Part shown: piece by piece, positions 29,101-41,394 of the stretch
Numbering within the stretch: position 1 is the first letter of the stretch
Layout of the letters: each line of letters starts with the position of its first letter
Assembly: GCA_949358305.1 (NCBI GenBank)
Contig: OX442314.1
Coordinates: 17,360,001 to 17,424,000 of the forward strand
Direction of reading: 5' to 3'
DNA length: 64,000 bases
DNA from: Strigamia acuminata
Taxonomy: Eukaryota
Program-made: the position numbers and the translations under genes
The notes under the pieces: model-generated
What the model was told of the DNA's origin: nothing
What the model saw: the letters and a program-made list of their open reading frames with translations, nothing else
Databases searched by the model: none

Positions 29101-32100
29101 AAGGAAAAAACGGTTACCATGGTGACGAATGTGACATCACCAATTCGAATACGGAATTATTCAATTCGATTAAAACTGTTTTCCTCGTATTTATGAGATG
29201 AGAGGGACACGATGCGAGAGTTTTATATAAAATCATGTGTTACCATAGTAACGACATTTTATTGGGTAGTTGCATGTGTAAAATCGTTATTCGTATTGAA
29301 TATCACAAATGATTTCTTGCGCTCTTTAACCTCTCATTTTCTTCCCCTTCTTAATTTTTGTATTCACGTCTCATATTGATTCATTATATGAAATTTATGC
29401 GCTCTCTTGACTTCCTTATTGGAGCACAACGAATGATACACTTAAAATTGCCGATCCCGAATGAAATTATTGTATTTCCATATGTTTCTGGCCATTAGAT
29501 TCATCATCCGAGTTCGATATATAATTAGTTTAGCCCGAAAATATAGAGCATTTGTGTTCTATCTTTTGCTTTGCCTTTTGACCATTCTTGGCCTCGGTTT
29601 GATGATTTGGTCGCGACCTTTTCACCTTAGCTACGCCCGGGTGGGGGTGGAGATAATACAAGTGGGAGCAAAGGGTTGATGCATGAGTTTGGAGCATTGC
29701 TGCGCGTCAGGACAATGGGCGATGGAAATGGAATCGTAATGATGATTGGAATAAAATTTGCTTGAGATGTAGTGCCGTTCTCATTATGTAATGAGTAATA
29801 AGGAGGAAAAGAAGTGCGCTTGGCTTGTTCCTAGTGAAAATATCGACCAGGAGATTGCAAACATAGACGGGCTCGGTCAACGACCTGGTGGGTCAGTCGA
29901 TAGGGCAAAGGGAGGAAACGACGCATTTCTGCTCGTGTTTGGCATCGCAGTTAGCACGTGGCATTGTTTTTTAATTTTTTTCCTCTATATTTCTTCTTGT
30001 TTTTTTTTGTTTTTTATTATTTCTACGGCGAAATGTCATCGCTTTTGAACATCTTAATTGTGTTGTACTGCACGTTCTGACAGCTTTTTTTTGAAAGAGT
30101 GCGTGTGTTTAAACAGTTTAGGTTTTAATTTATTGGTGGACTTTGTTTATGCGGTTGGGGAATAAAAAGCGTAAACATTTTATTTTCGGCTTAAAATATG
30201 GAAAAGATTTTTTTTTTTAAAAAGTAACACATCGATTCATCACGTCCAGGTTATCTGGAAGATGACGTGTAGTGCAGGAAAGCATTTCCAGCTTCCTCAA
30301 TACTTCAGGCGGTGTTATATTTTATTACCTTTGAGGTTACGGTGTTCTTGTAGTATCATCTTAACGGTTAAGCGAGACACGTGCATGGCCTTTGATAAAT
30401 TGATTGAAGGCTGGGAGAAAGTTGAGGAAACTATGGAAACGGCTGGTGGAAAATAAACAACATTTACAATAGTTATTTTTCTTTTTTGTTGTTGTTTTTT
30501 GTTGTGTTTTTTTTTTAAAGAGGAAGAAAATATCAGTTTTGCGTGATGCCATGATTGGTATCAAGCAAAAAAATTCAATACGTACATAGTTAATGCGTCA
30601 CTAAAATATAGAATATGTATAGGGATCTTTTTTAATGAAAAAAAAAATGCACGTGTATAGATTTTTTGTGCTTACGAGAATTGCATTACTTGTATCCATT
30701 TCCTGGTGTTAACAAAACAACAAAACAAGTGAGTACTTTTAATAAACTTTAATCTTTTTACACGTGATTGGCTCACACCCCCGCTAAGAGGTGTTTGAAG
30801 GTGATGACCACAGAAGAGTGGAGGTCACTGGGCCGAAAAGAAAGAAAGAAAGAAAGAAACAGGAGGAAGGAAGTGCCCGAGGTCGTGGGTGTGTAAGATG
30901 CAACCATGTATCTGGATTTCAAACTTCAATTGGCATCGCATTAACCAATATCCAAGAGCGACGTTCGACAAATATTTGCTGAAGTGTAAAATGAAATTGT
31001 CAATTAGAAGTGCCGTTATGCTTTTCTAATTTATTGCTGGATGGCGCTCGTTAAAATATTTATTTGTGGATTTAGTCCCGACTGTGGATGTAGGTGGAAA
31101 GTTGAATTTCGTCCAACTTTTGTAATCTTTTTAAATCACGTGCAACCGAAGCGACAAATTGTTACTATATTAAAAAACAACAACAACAGAGTGCTGCGCC
31201 TTTTTCATGTATTTTTCTTTTTCTTTTTTTTTTTCTTTTCTTTTTCTGTTCGTTTACACTTGGAACGCGGCCGGTTGGGCGCCACGGCGCTCTTCTAATA
31301 CTGTTGCTATAGCAACTCCGGGATCTCATTTATTTTGTACAAGCGAAGGTCGATGACCTGACTGAGTTTAGTGGGGCTGGTGGCGCCCAGTGACCGGGGA
31401 CAGGAAGTAAAGGATGCAAGAAAAAGAAATATTGCAATGTGGCGTCATCATCGAGATAACTTCTTATTTTGAAGCACGACGCCATTTTTAAGAGTGATGT
31501 AATTCTTTTTTTTTTTTTGGTGGGTTTTTTTTAAATTTATTTTTTATTTTTATTTATCAACCGTTGCAAATGGCTTCTATTTATAGTCGCCATTTTGGAA
31601 TGAGATTTAGATCGTCTTTATTGAGAATGGTGCAAATATAAATAAACAAGAATGTCAAAGCCCCTTTAACACAAGGAAGACTGTTTGTCCGATGTTCAAC
31701 GTGTGGGCCATAATTAAAAACGGAAGTTAAATTCGATAAATTTTCAAAATAACTGAATGAAAGAGAAGAAGGGGGAGCAAAAAAGATAAAAACTGCGCCC
31801 ATCGCTTTATTTGCACAGCGACAAACCGCAACCATAAATACCATTGCGCATGCCTAATAATGGGAGAAAGTAGGTAAATTGCTCGCCCGCTGTTTTGTTC
31901 GACTCGAGGACAAGGGAAGGGATTACGCAGTAGATTGTAAACACTTAACAGAAACGGAAGTAAAAAATGCGCCTAGTTTGACTAGTTTCCTCCTTCTGCC
32001 TTAATCTCGAAAAGGGGTGAGTGCAGCAACCAACAATCATCTGCAACACGGCCTCAACTTGATGACCACATTGTTCTTTTGATTGCAACTATAAGATTCA

Positions 32101-35100
32101 ATTAATTGTCCCGTTATATATTTACGTTCAAGGCCATAAAGCTCCCCTTGTTTTCCTTTTCCCTCGTCCCCCTTATCTCTCCCCTTCTTTCCATTCCCCT
32201 CTCGTATTATGTGAGACTGGGTAAGAGGGTGACCCACTTTGTTGGGGGGAAAGCAAGGGGGGGACACAGGCACACAGCAACAGAGAATCGTGATAACTTT
32301 GTGCTGCCCATTTTCTCTTTTTTATTTTATTATATTTTACAGTTAAAGCAGCCCCTCCCCCGCGGGTTTGTGTTGAGTTTCTTTTGACAAGAAAAAACCC
32401 CCTCATCTTCGTTTTCTTTTCCCCCATTCCCTTACAAACTCACTAGTGTTCTCTGATCGCGGTGTCAATGACCAGCCTTCAACCGAAAGCGAAGGTGAAG
32501 GTCGCTTAGCTGGAGAAAGTAACGAGGAAGAGGACCATATTAAGAAGATGGGGTTGCGAACTTGTTCTTTTTTTTTTTTTTTTTCTCGCCCATTTAATTT
32601 TTTCGGTGTTTTCCTGCGTCATTGAAAACGGTTCGGCGGTTCGAGCGGACAAAACAGTTCGGGATCTTGCTCTCTTCCCACACTCCCTCACCGGTCACCA
32701 CCACCTCCTTTGTGTGGGTAATGGGACCTTGGGGGTGAAACGAGGAATATGGATGTAACAATGCGTCGTGTTAAAACGCGCATTTCTCAGCATTATTTTT
32801 TATGGCCAAGTGTTTGTGGTATTGTTTATTGATGGGTTTATGTTTCTATTGGGAGGTGCAACTCGTAAAATTGTTTATTTCGTGGAAGTACGTACGAGCC
32901 GCACGTGGATAACGGTTATTGCTATTGTCACAACAACATCTGTTTGTAGCAAGTGCCATCCAATATACGCCGTGCATGTGTATTTTTTTTTATGGTTTTT
33001 AACCCTAATAACGGATCTCACATTTCTTCATCACGATGGGATTTCATCAAGAGCGAATTATCGTTTGTTTTCCTTCCTCGTATTTCGCAATTCTTTTATA
33101 CACAATACAATTGTTGTCCTTATGCACGTAGGTTTTTGGAGTGTTTGTCTATTTGTGCAATTCTATTTTCTTGTTGCTAATGGCTAATTGTTTCGAAGGG
33201 AGTTTCCTGACGTCATTCGGTCACACGAAACTACTCGCGAGTTTGCAGTGACCGCGTGCCCCGTTCGTACCGTTTTTTTTTTTATCTGCGCATCGATGCA
33301 AAAATCGGCCAAGTCCGGTGGAAGCAAACGGGTGAGACGCAACTCCTCGCCCGCGTTCCAATTGGGGCACAAAAAATACGACAAGAAAAATTAAAAATTA
33401 AAAATTAAAAAAAAAATTAAAAAAATTAAACATTTGCAAAGAGTTATTAGTACTAAGGAACAAGTTTGCTTCTTCCTCATGTTGCTTGCGGGAACCTTGC
33501 GTTTCCTTTCGGGAGTCAACGACCTGGCAGCGCGTTGCTGGCCGGGATTGTGTCTCAGTTCATCCTTGACCCAGATTGGACGCCGGCTCTCGGTAAACCC
33601 CCATCACGCAGTTGTTCGCAACTCATTTCGTCCCGTGTAAGCGAGGAGCGTGGACATCTCTTGCCCCAGTCGCAAAACCGCGCTCATGCATCCGCTCGGC
33701 TTTTACCCGTCGATGATGGGTGATTCACTCAGTTCTTTTCGGTGAGCTTTATTTTTTTTTTACATTTTGTTTTTACACTTTCGTATATTGCTGGACTTTG
33801 CTTGTCTAAATTATAACGTAATAATTTTGTCATCAGGTGCGAGTTCGTTCAACTCGGATGATAAGCTTTTATCATAGTTTTCACTTTTTAAGAAATTAGA
33901 ACAAATTACTCAAAAACAAGCAATCTCTTGCTAGATAAGAAAAATTTAGATATATATATATATATATGGTACTTTAGATTAGAGTAGTTGGGGTTTAAAA
34001 TTTGTTTGCGATAAAAAAGAACAGGTTTTTTTGTCTTTCTTTTTGTGCAATATAATTTTTGCACATAAAGTGTAGAGCAGAATTGGTTGGCCGCGCGTGT
34101 GTTAAATGCTCAACTTCTTTTTCCTGAATGTTTAATGATCGAGAGTGAAAGTAGGACATTGAAGTTTACTACAACCTAAAGTTGAACAACAGAGTAAACA
34201 CATAGGAAATGGACAAAACAGGACCGTGCCGATTGTAAGTTGCTTTTCTCCAGAGGCGAGAAGGCCAATTCGGTTTTTTCCCTTCAATTTTCTCATGGTA
34301 ATGAAACGTGTAAACGGGCCGGGAGTTAAAACATCGAAGAAATGCATTTAAAGAGGGGGGAAAAAGAGAAAAAAAAGTTAGATAAACTGGTATATTTTAT
34401 TTCCCCAGTTATAAACTCGTTTTTTCAAGGGACAGAGAATGTTTTGTGCAATTCGCATGCGATGCGACTGCCTCGAAGCGTGTGTTTATCAGTCGAGGAT
34501 CAAGTGGGGTTATTCAAATGTAGGCGTCAAATCGATTTTGTCGCTTTATTATTTTTTAATGCTTGTGTGTTGTGGTGATTAAGCGTCTTTAACGACGTTA
34601 TGTTGTCCCCGTTGTTTATTTTTATCCGAAAAAAAAAATAATTGTAGGAAGTTAAATTACGGAAGCAGGGTTTGGTTAGTTCCCTTTGACCACGTTAGAT
34701 GGCGCCCCCATCCTCCTCAATTTTTGCCCTGAATCACAGCCAAGAGCGAGAAGTGTGTCACCGAGTCATTGAACTCGGGAGGCTGCGCAAGTGCGCTCAT
34801 GTGGGGCGTCGAGTCTCTACTTCCCGCGCGTCCTCCGTACACCAACGTTCAGTTGACAGCCGGAAGTGGATTGCACTACTCCCATCAGACTGGCTTCAAA
34901 AGAAGGGTTAACCCTAGCAAGGGGTTGGCTGCCAGCCCTCGCAATGAACAGGTGCGTGTATCATCTTTGCTCGCGCCCGTCCCTTTCCTCATCCCTCGTC
35001 CTCGTCCTCGTCCCACCCCTTTGATGCTGGAGCACGGTGTTTGGGTGGCGCGTGCCTCCGCTTTTGTGCTTAAAAGGGGATAGGGGTCTCTTTTCCCCCT

Positions 35101-36013
35101 TTTTGAGTGTTGGCAAGGGGTGTAACCAAGCAAGGGGTGAGTGGGATAAGCATCGGTGTGTGTGTGCCCTTTACCTGTCACGCGCTGCTTGTGAGGTGGG
35201 TCATGGATGATGTCGATGGGGCTATTTTTGTGAGGCATCAAGCGGAGCCCTTTAAGCTGCGGGATCGTGCCTCGAGGTTGAACAAGTTTCACTTTCGAAA
35301 ACAAGATAGGCGCGGATTTTCTTACAAGGGGGCGTGATCTCCATGCTGATCTTTCTAACTCTGAGTTGAGAAACATGCTGAATAGTGAATGCGAAATGCA
35401 ATTTTCCATTTTCCATTTTGTTTGTTTTTGTTTATGTTTTTGTTTTTGTTTTTGTTTTTGTTTTTGTTTTTGTTTTTGTTAGGAAAGAAATGAGATTTAG
35501 TACGGCCAAGTGCTTGATCGAGAGATTGATGTTGCCGTGGCAATTAAATGGCAAATTCCTCTTTAAGTGTTGTGCAATGTTTTCCTTTCGACTCTCCATC
35601 ATTTCCTGGGTTCGCTGGTGGTCTGGGTAGTAGAAGCGGGTCAATGAAGTCGAAGAAAGTAGGAGGGGTGTTGACTCGAAAACCAATTTAATTATTTTTT
35701 ATTTTTTTTTTCCAATTTTTTTTTCTCCCTCGATTGGGGAAAGGTGTATGCGAACGAGAAAAAGTGGGGAAGAAAGTCAACAACCCCTCGTAAATGAGTA
35801 AAAAATGACCCCATTAGACCCAGAAAGAGGATTTCTCACCTTTTTGAAAAAAATTGAAAAAATAGAAGGCGTGGGAGATAAAAATGATGCGGCTGTTTCT
35901 GGGTCAGAAGCACATGTTTTGGTGACGCGTGAATCACGTGGGAGAGGTTGGGTCAAATTATCAGATAGATGGATAGACAAAGACCCACATTTGGCAGAAG
36001 CGGTCAATGACCC
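14164..36013. promoter_or_regulatory. Cluster of EcR/USP-type IR1 elements and CACGTG E-boxes around the E23-like promoter and first intron
   Basis: Examples: GGTTCAtTGGACT 19030, GGTGCAaTGAACC 22594, AGGTCGaTGACCT 31347, GAGTCAtTGAACT 34763, CGGTCAaTGACCC 36001. Fourteen CACGTG sites counted by eye between 13884 and 35940. Confidence 0.55.
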
Positions 36014-39000
36014 CACAATGCTCGCTTATTTCAGGTGTAATGTGGAATGCGAGAAATGGACACGCATTAAATATGTAAATTTTGCTTATATGTAAATCTT
36101 GAACTTAATTTTACTCGATTTACTTGATTTATGCGAGCGCTGACGAGTTGTAGTTTCTTTTTCCTTTTTTTTTCCCGGCTAATTTATGCACCTCCATAGG
36201 GATGATGTGTAACTAATTTGGCGGCCCATTAGCGCTTTCTTAGAATATAATGTTATCAGATTCCTAATTTGGTTTGGTGGTTCTGAATTTCTTTTGAATA
36301 TATTCCATTTTTTTTATGTCTTTTATTTTTATTACAGGATAGAGATGACCAAAGGGCAGTTTCTGTCCGGGAATACGACTTGGCATCACCAACAACATCA
36401 CCACAGAGCCATTGAGTTGGTTTTCCGAGATTTATGCGTGTCCATCAACAAAAAAGACATTTTGCACGATGTCAGTGGAATTGCAAGGCCCGGAGAACTC
36501 GTGGCGGTCATGGGACCCAGTGGTATGTTTATAGGACACATTTTCGAATTTAAATCAGAAATTTGTGGAAATTTGTGGAAATTTGTGGAAATTTTCAAAG
36601 AAAAGCAGAAAAAAAAAAAACTTTAGTTGAATGCTTTTCGAGTTGTTCACAAAAGAAATTTCTATCGTGTTAGTCGTTGTTTTGAAACTCAGAAATGCGA
36701 AAAATTGAATAGATAAAATGAAAGAATGGCGGATTATAGTGGACGATGCACTGAAGCTGATGATGCTTTGCTTTTTCTTTGAAGGATCTGGAAAGACGAC
36801 TTTATTAAATGCATTGGCTGGCCGATCGCAAAATACCGTTCACATCGAGTCTGGTTCCGTGTCATTGAACGGGGAACCTCTCAACAAGCAACACAAGAGA
36901 AGAATTTGTTACGTCCTACAACACGACATCTTCTTCCCCAACCTCACCTTGCGAGAGACGCTCGAGGTAGACAACGTCTATCACTTTTCTCATTTAAATT
37001 TTAAATTATACATTTGCTTACTTTTTATTGCTTTCTTTTAGTACTGCGCCTTGCTTCGTTTACCCGATAAAATGTCTAGAAAAGAAAAAATACAAGCTGT
37101 AGATCATATAATCGATGTGTTGCATTTACGTAGCTGTCAAGAAACAAGTAAGTTTCCTCATTTGCATCAACTTAAACGTTTCAGAAGTATAGAATAGAAA
37201 AAAATAAACAAAAAATATGTGAAATAAGAGCCTTATTTTTTCCCACGAGTTATTTTCTTCCTCTGGAAAATGTTAGATTTTTTTTTTAGATTTTTTGATC
37301 CTTATTTATTTAAATTGCGAAAACTTTTTTTTTGTTTAATATGAGTAATTTTAGAACAGGGATATTAATTACCTTATGCCGCGGAATAAGTTACATTTGA
37401 GTTTCAAGGTGACATGAAATAAGAGTGAGCTCATACTACAATTTACTCAGCTAAGTGCACAAAGGGGTGAATGCTCCCTAGCGTTCCCTTGAGGACTCCA
37501 AATCTCCCTCCCGTGATGCAATTCGCCCTTACTCTTCCTTTATTATCGATCGCTTACGTGTGTTTATGAAGGGGGAAAAGAAGAGGGCAGAAACCTCTTT
37601 CCAATTTCGATTTAACAACTGAAACTGACATGCCATTTTAAAAGTATTAAATTTTATGAATTGAAGAAGACGATTTCTTAATTGCACTGCCATTGTAGTA
37701 AAACATTAAAATAAGTGTTCTATTAGATGAAATTGTTTCCATATAAACTCAAGTTAATTCGAATAAATTTTGCAAAATGTGGTCAATTAGGCTGAGCCGA
37801 GTTTGGACAATTGAACGAATAATTTTGGATTGTCATCAACGCGTTTTGTGTTTTCATTTCTTTGGCCTTGTCAAGGTCATGAATGCAATTTGGGATTTGC
37901 ACGAGACAACTCCACCCTTCGGTTGCTACCTGTATAGGTAATAACCTAATCCCCTTATAATTATTCTGTAGCTAAAGGCTGTTTTCCTCTTTTGCTTTGC
38001 AAATAAGAAAGAAACGAGTGGAGTTGGTTTGAAGTTGATAAAAAAAAGGAAATGTTTATTGTTTTTTTTTTAATTTCTTTTTTTTTTTTTTAAATCAATT
38101 TTCTTGGCCTTGAAATAGACGTTACTTTTTATTTTTCTGTGTCTTTTATTGTCATTTAATGGTTTTTTCAATTAGTGTTTTATTTTTTATGTTTTATTTC
38201 TTTTTATTTTTAGTAATGGGAGATATTATGAACAGAGGATTATCAGGTGGCGAGAAAAAGCGAGCAAACATTGCTTGCGAACTCCTCACAAATCCCACAC
38301 TCATGTTGTTAGACGTGAGTTGATATTTCCCGACACGGATCTTGTATATTTATACTGATTTTTTTTTTCTTTTTAAATTTATTTAGGAACCGACAACAGG
38401 CTTAGATTCAAGCACGGCCTTTTCCCTAATAGAAATGTTAAAGAATTTAGCTGTTAGAGAACGAAAAAGCATAGTTTTGACAGTTCACCAACCTTCCAGT
38501 CAAATTTTTTACAAATTTGACAAATTATTACTTCTTACAGAAGGCAAAGTAAGTACCTGTTTAAATAATTTAATGCAATTGACTTAATAATAAAATCAGA
38601 AAAGAAAAAAAAGCGTATACGCTTAACGCTTTGTAAATTATTTATTTCCCTTAAAGTAGTAGATAAGTGATGAGCCTTGAACAGAGAATTTAAAATATAT
38701 ATAAAAAAAACAAACATTTTTACGACTGGTCACTGGCCTAAACGTAAATGTTAACAGATGGTTTAATCATTTTAATGGTAACAGAAAAGAAAAAAAATTC
38801 TATAATGAGAATATGTTTATGATAATTTTAAATGTAAGACTCCAGTAGTATTGTATAATGAAATCTAGAAATGGCAAACAAACCTTGTGACCTGAACTTG
38901 ACCTGCAACGTTTTTAAAAGATTTTTTTTTTCTATCTCCAATTTTGATCTTCCTTAAATTATATTTAGCCTTGTTGACTATTTAGTTTGGAGTAGGCTTG

Positions 39001-41394
39001 TTGGTCATTTGGTCAACTCAACATGTAAGGCAAAGGGTCAAACTGCACGCCTATTTCTTAAGGAGTTAATTTTGGAACAAGGTGCTTTCAATTTGAGGTC
39101 ATTGGAACTTTAAAGATGAAATATTGAAAAATGTTGCGTATAGTAAATTTGCAAATGCGGCGGTCAAGGCAATGGGGTTGTTAACCCTTTGATTGTGCTG
39201 GTTTATTGTGCTCAGGGTCAGTCGTAGAATTTTCTCGAGGAAGTTGACGCTGGTTTCAATGCTTTTATAAACACTTAGTAAAGTTTTGTTATTGTTTTTG
39301 TCTTTTTTCAGGTTGCTTATTTTGGTGATGCACCAAAGGTTATTAATTTCTTCAGCAGTATTGGATTGCACATTCCTCATCAACATTACAATCCTGCTGA
39401 TTTTATACGTACGAATAATAATTGCACTTTATTTATATTTTATTTCTCGAAACTAATGCATTTTGATTTTGATTTCCTTTATTACAGTGGAGAAAGTGAA
39501 AGAAAGTCCGGAAAATGTTGAACACATTGTCAGTGCAGCCAAAAGGTTGAGGTGGGTTCGATTGTCTTCTTTTTATAAATGACTTATTAAATTAAACTTG
39601 AAGCCATATAGCCCTACAAAATTTAATTACAAAACGCTTTCATTAAAGTTGAATCATGGTGTTATTGAAACTGATGCCAATGAACTGTCATTTTTCCAAC
39701 GTCCCCCTTCTTAATTGTAAAATATGTACACACATTTTGGCTCATATCATAATGTTTCAATTAGTCACTTAGATTTAATTCCAACACGACTAAAAGAAAT
39801 TAAAATTTGTTATTACAGAGAAACGGGAGACTATGTAGATCTTCGCTCCGACCATCATCACTCGAGCCAGGAATTTGAGCCAAATGGAGACGCATATCCA
39901 GTGACCACAGTCAGTTTGCCAGACGAAGATTTCTCGTGCGCCGTTTGGCAAAACGGTTCTGTGGATGAAGGAATTTCGCTTACAACTAACAAACCGAAAG
40001 ACGTTCGAGTGATAGTGGACCAAAGCAAAACTTACAACGAAATAGGTAGGTCTCGGTGATGGGTTTTGCGAGACGTCCAATTTGCATGTCATCTAATTTA
40101 GAAATTTCAGTCCCACGTGCAGACTACGCACCAATTCATCGAGAAGATGACGACTCTGGAACGTCCAGTTGGTCCGAATCAACCACTGGAAGTCAGGACG
40201 ACCTCAAAGAAGTCAAGTGGCCCACATCGTTTACCACGCAGTTTCAAGTGCTCACGAGGAGGAATTTCAAAACGGCGCGTGGAAAGATGATTTCTAAGCT
40301 CAACTGTGTTCAAACTGTGGGTTTGGGAATCGTTTCTGGCATTATGTGGTTCCAGAAATCGGTAACTGAGCGCAATGAAGCCGGTCTTGAAGATATCCGT
40401 GGATGGGTAATTTAACTCATTCATTTGCAATAAATATATCAATTAATAAATGTTTATTTTTTTTAAAGATGTTTTTTAGTACAACTTATTGGATGCTTTT
40501 TGCATTATTTGGAGCCCTTATTACCTGTAAGTTTGTAGATTAATTTAATTTAATTTAATTTTAATGTGATTTTATTTGTGTTTTTCCTTCTAAAGTTCCT
40601 CAGGAACAAGAAGTTATCACTAAAGAAAGAGCATCGGGTGCATACCGCCTTTCAGCTTATTACATGGCTAAAATGGTTGGTGAATTGCCCTTGACGATAG
40701 CACTTCCGGCGCTATACCATTTAATTTCATACCCATTACTCGGGTTTCATAATGCCGAATCATTTTTGGCGCTGCTCGGCTTTCTTCTCCTCAATACACT
40801 CGTGGCACAGGTATAAATACATTTATTTCGATGCACGTTTTAAATTCAACGCGTGTAATCTGATTAATTAATTCAGCATGACGTATGTGATTTTATCACA
40901 ACTAATAATTTGTTACCGGTATTTGTATTTCACAGAGTGCAGGTCTGTTTATCGGAGCCGCCTGTATGAACATCGAGGTGTCGACGACTATTTCAGCCCT
41001 TTTCACTCTGTCCACGACGCTCTTTGGCGGTTATTACTCAAAGAAAATCCACGAGTGGCTTTTGTGGGCCCGATATCTATCTATGATACATTATGCATAC
41101 AACAACATGCAGATAGCAGAATTAAGTTTAGGACCGCCCATACAGTAAAGCTGAATGAAATGAAATAGTAGACTTGATTCTAATGCGATTTTTCATTGTA
41201 GGTGTCCCCTGGAACACTCGAAGTTTGCTGTGTGTAACGGAACGGCGAACACTTACATTCCATTAGAGGACTTACTCAGTGAAAACGACTCCTCTATGTC
41301 TATATGGGGAAATTTATGCGTTTTACTCGTGTTCTTCGTCGTCTTCCGGTTGTTGGGATATTTAGTACTCCGTTTTATGCGGCAACCGAAGTAA
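19521..41394 (+). CDS. E23: ABCG half-transporter, probable orthologue of ecdysone-inducible Early gene at 23
   Basis: Walker A GPSGSGKTT, signature LSGGEKKR, Walker B MLLDEPTTGLD and a C-terminal ABC2 membrane domain ([17 protein letters not shown]). [26 protein letters not shown] and [13 protein letters not shown] recall the E23 clade. Putative exon 1 (19521-19624, phase 2) joins in frame to 36338. Remaining exons run from 36338 to 41394. The ABCG call is firm; E23 orthology and exon 1 are inferred. Confidence 0.85.
35435..35478. repeat. (GTTTTT)n microsatellite
   Basis: Tandem TGTTTT hexamers. Confidence 0.9.

Noticed and set aside
11000..36290. Many 60-170 aa ORFs in the E23 upstream region and first intron (e.g. 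34885-35409, 19889-20314, 32768-33187)
   Set aside because: Low-complexity F/K-rich translations from T/A tracts, often with non-ATG starts and no recognisable domains.
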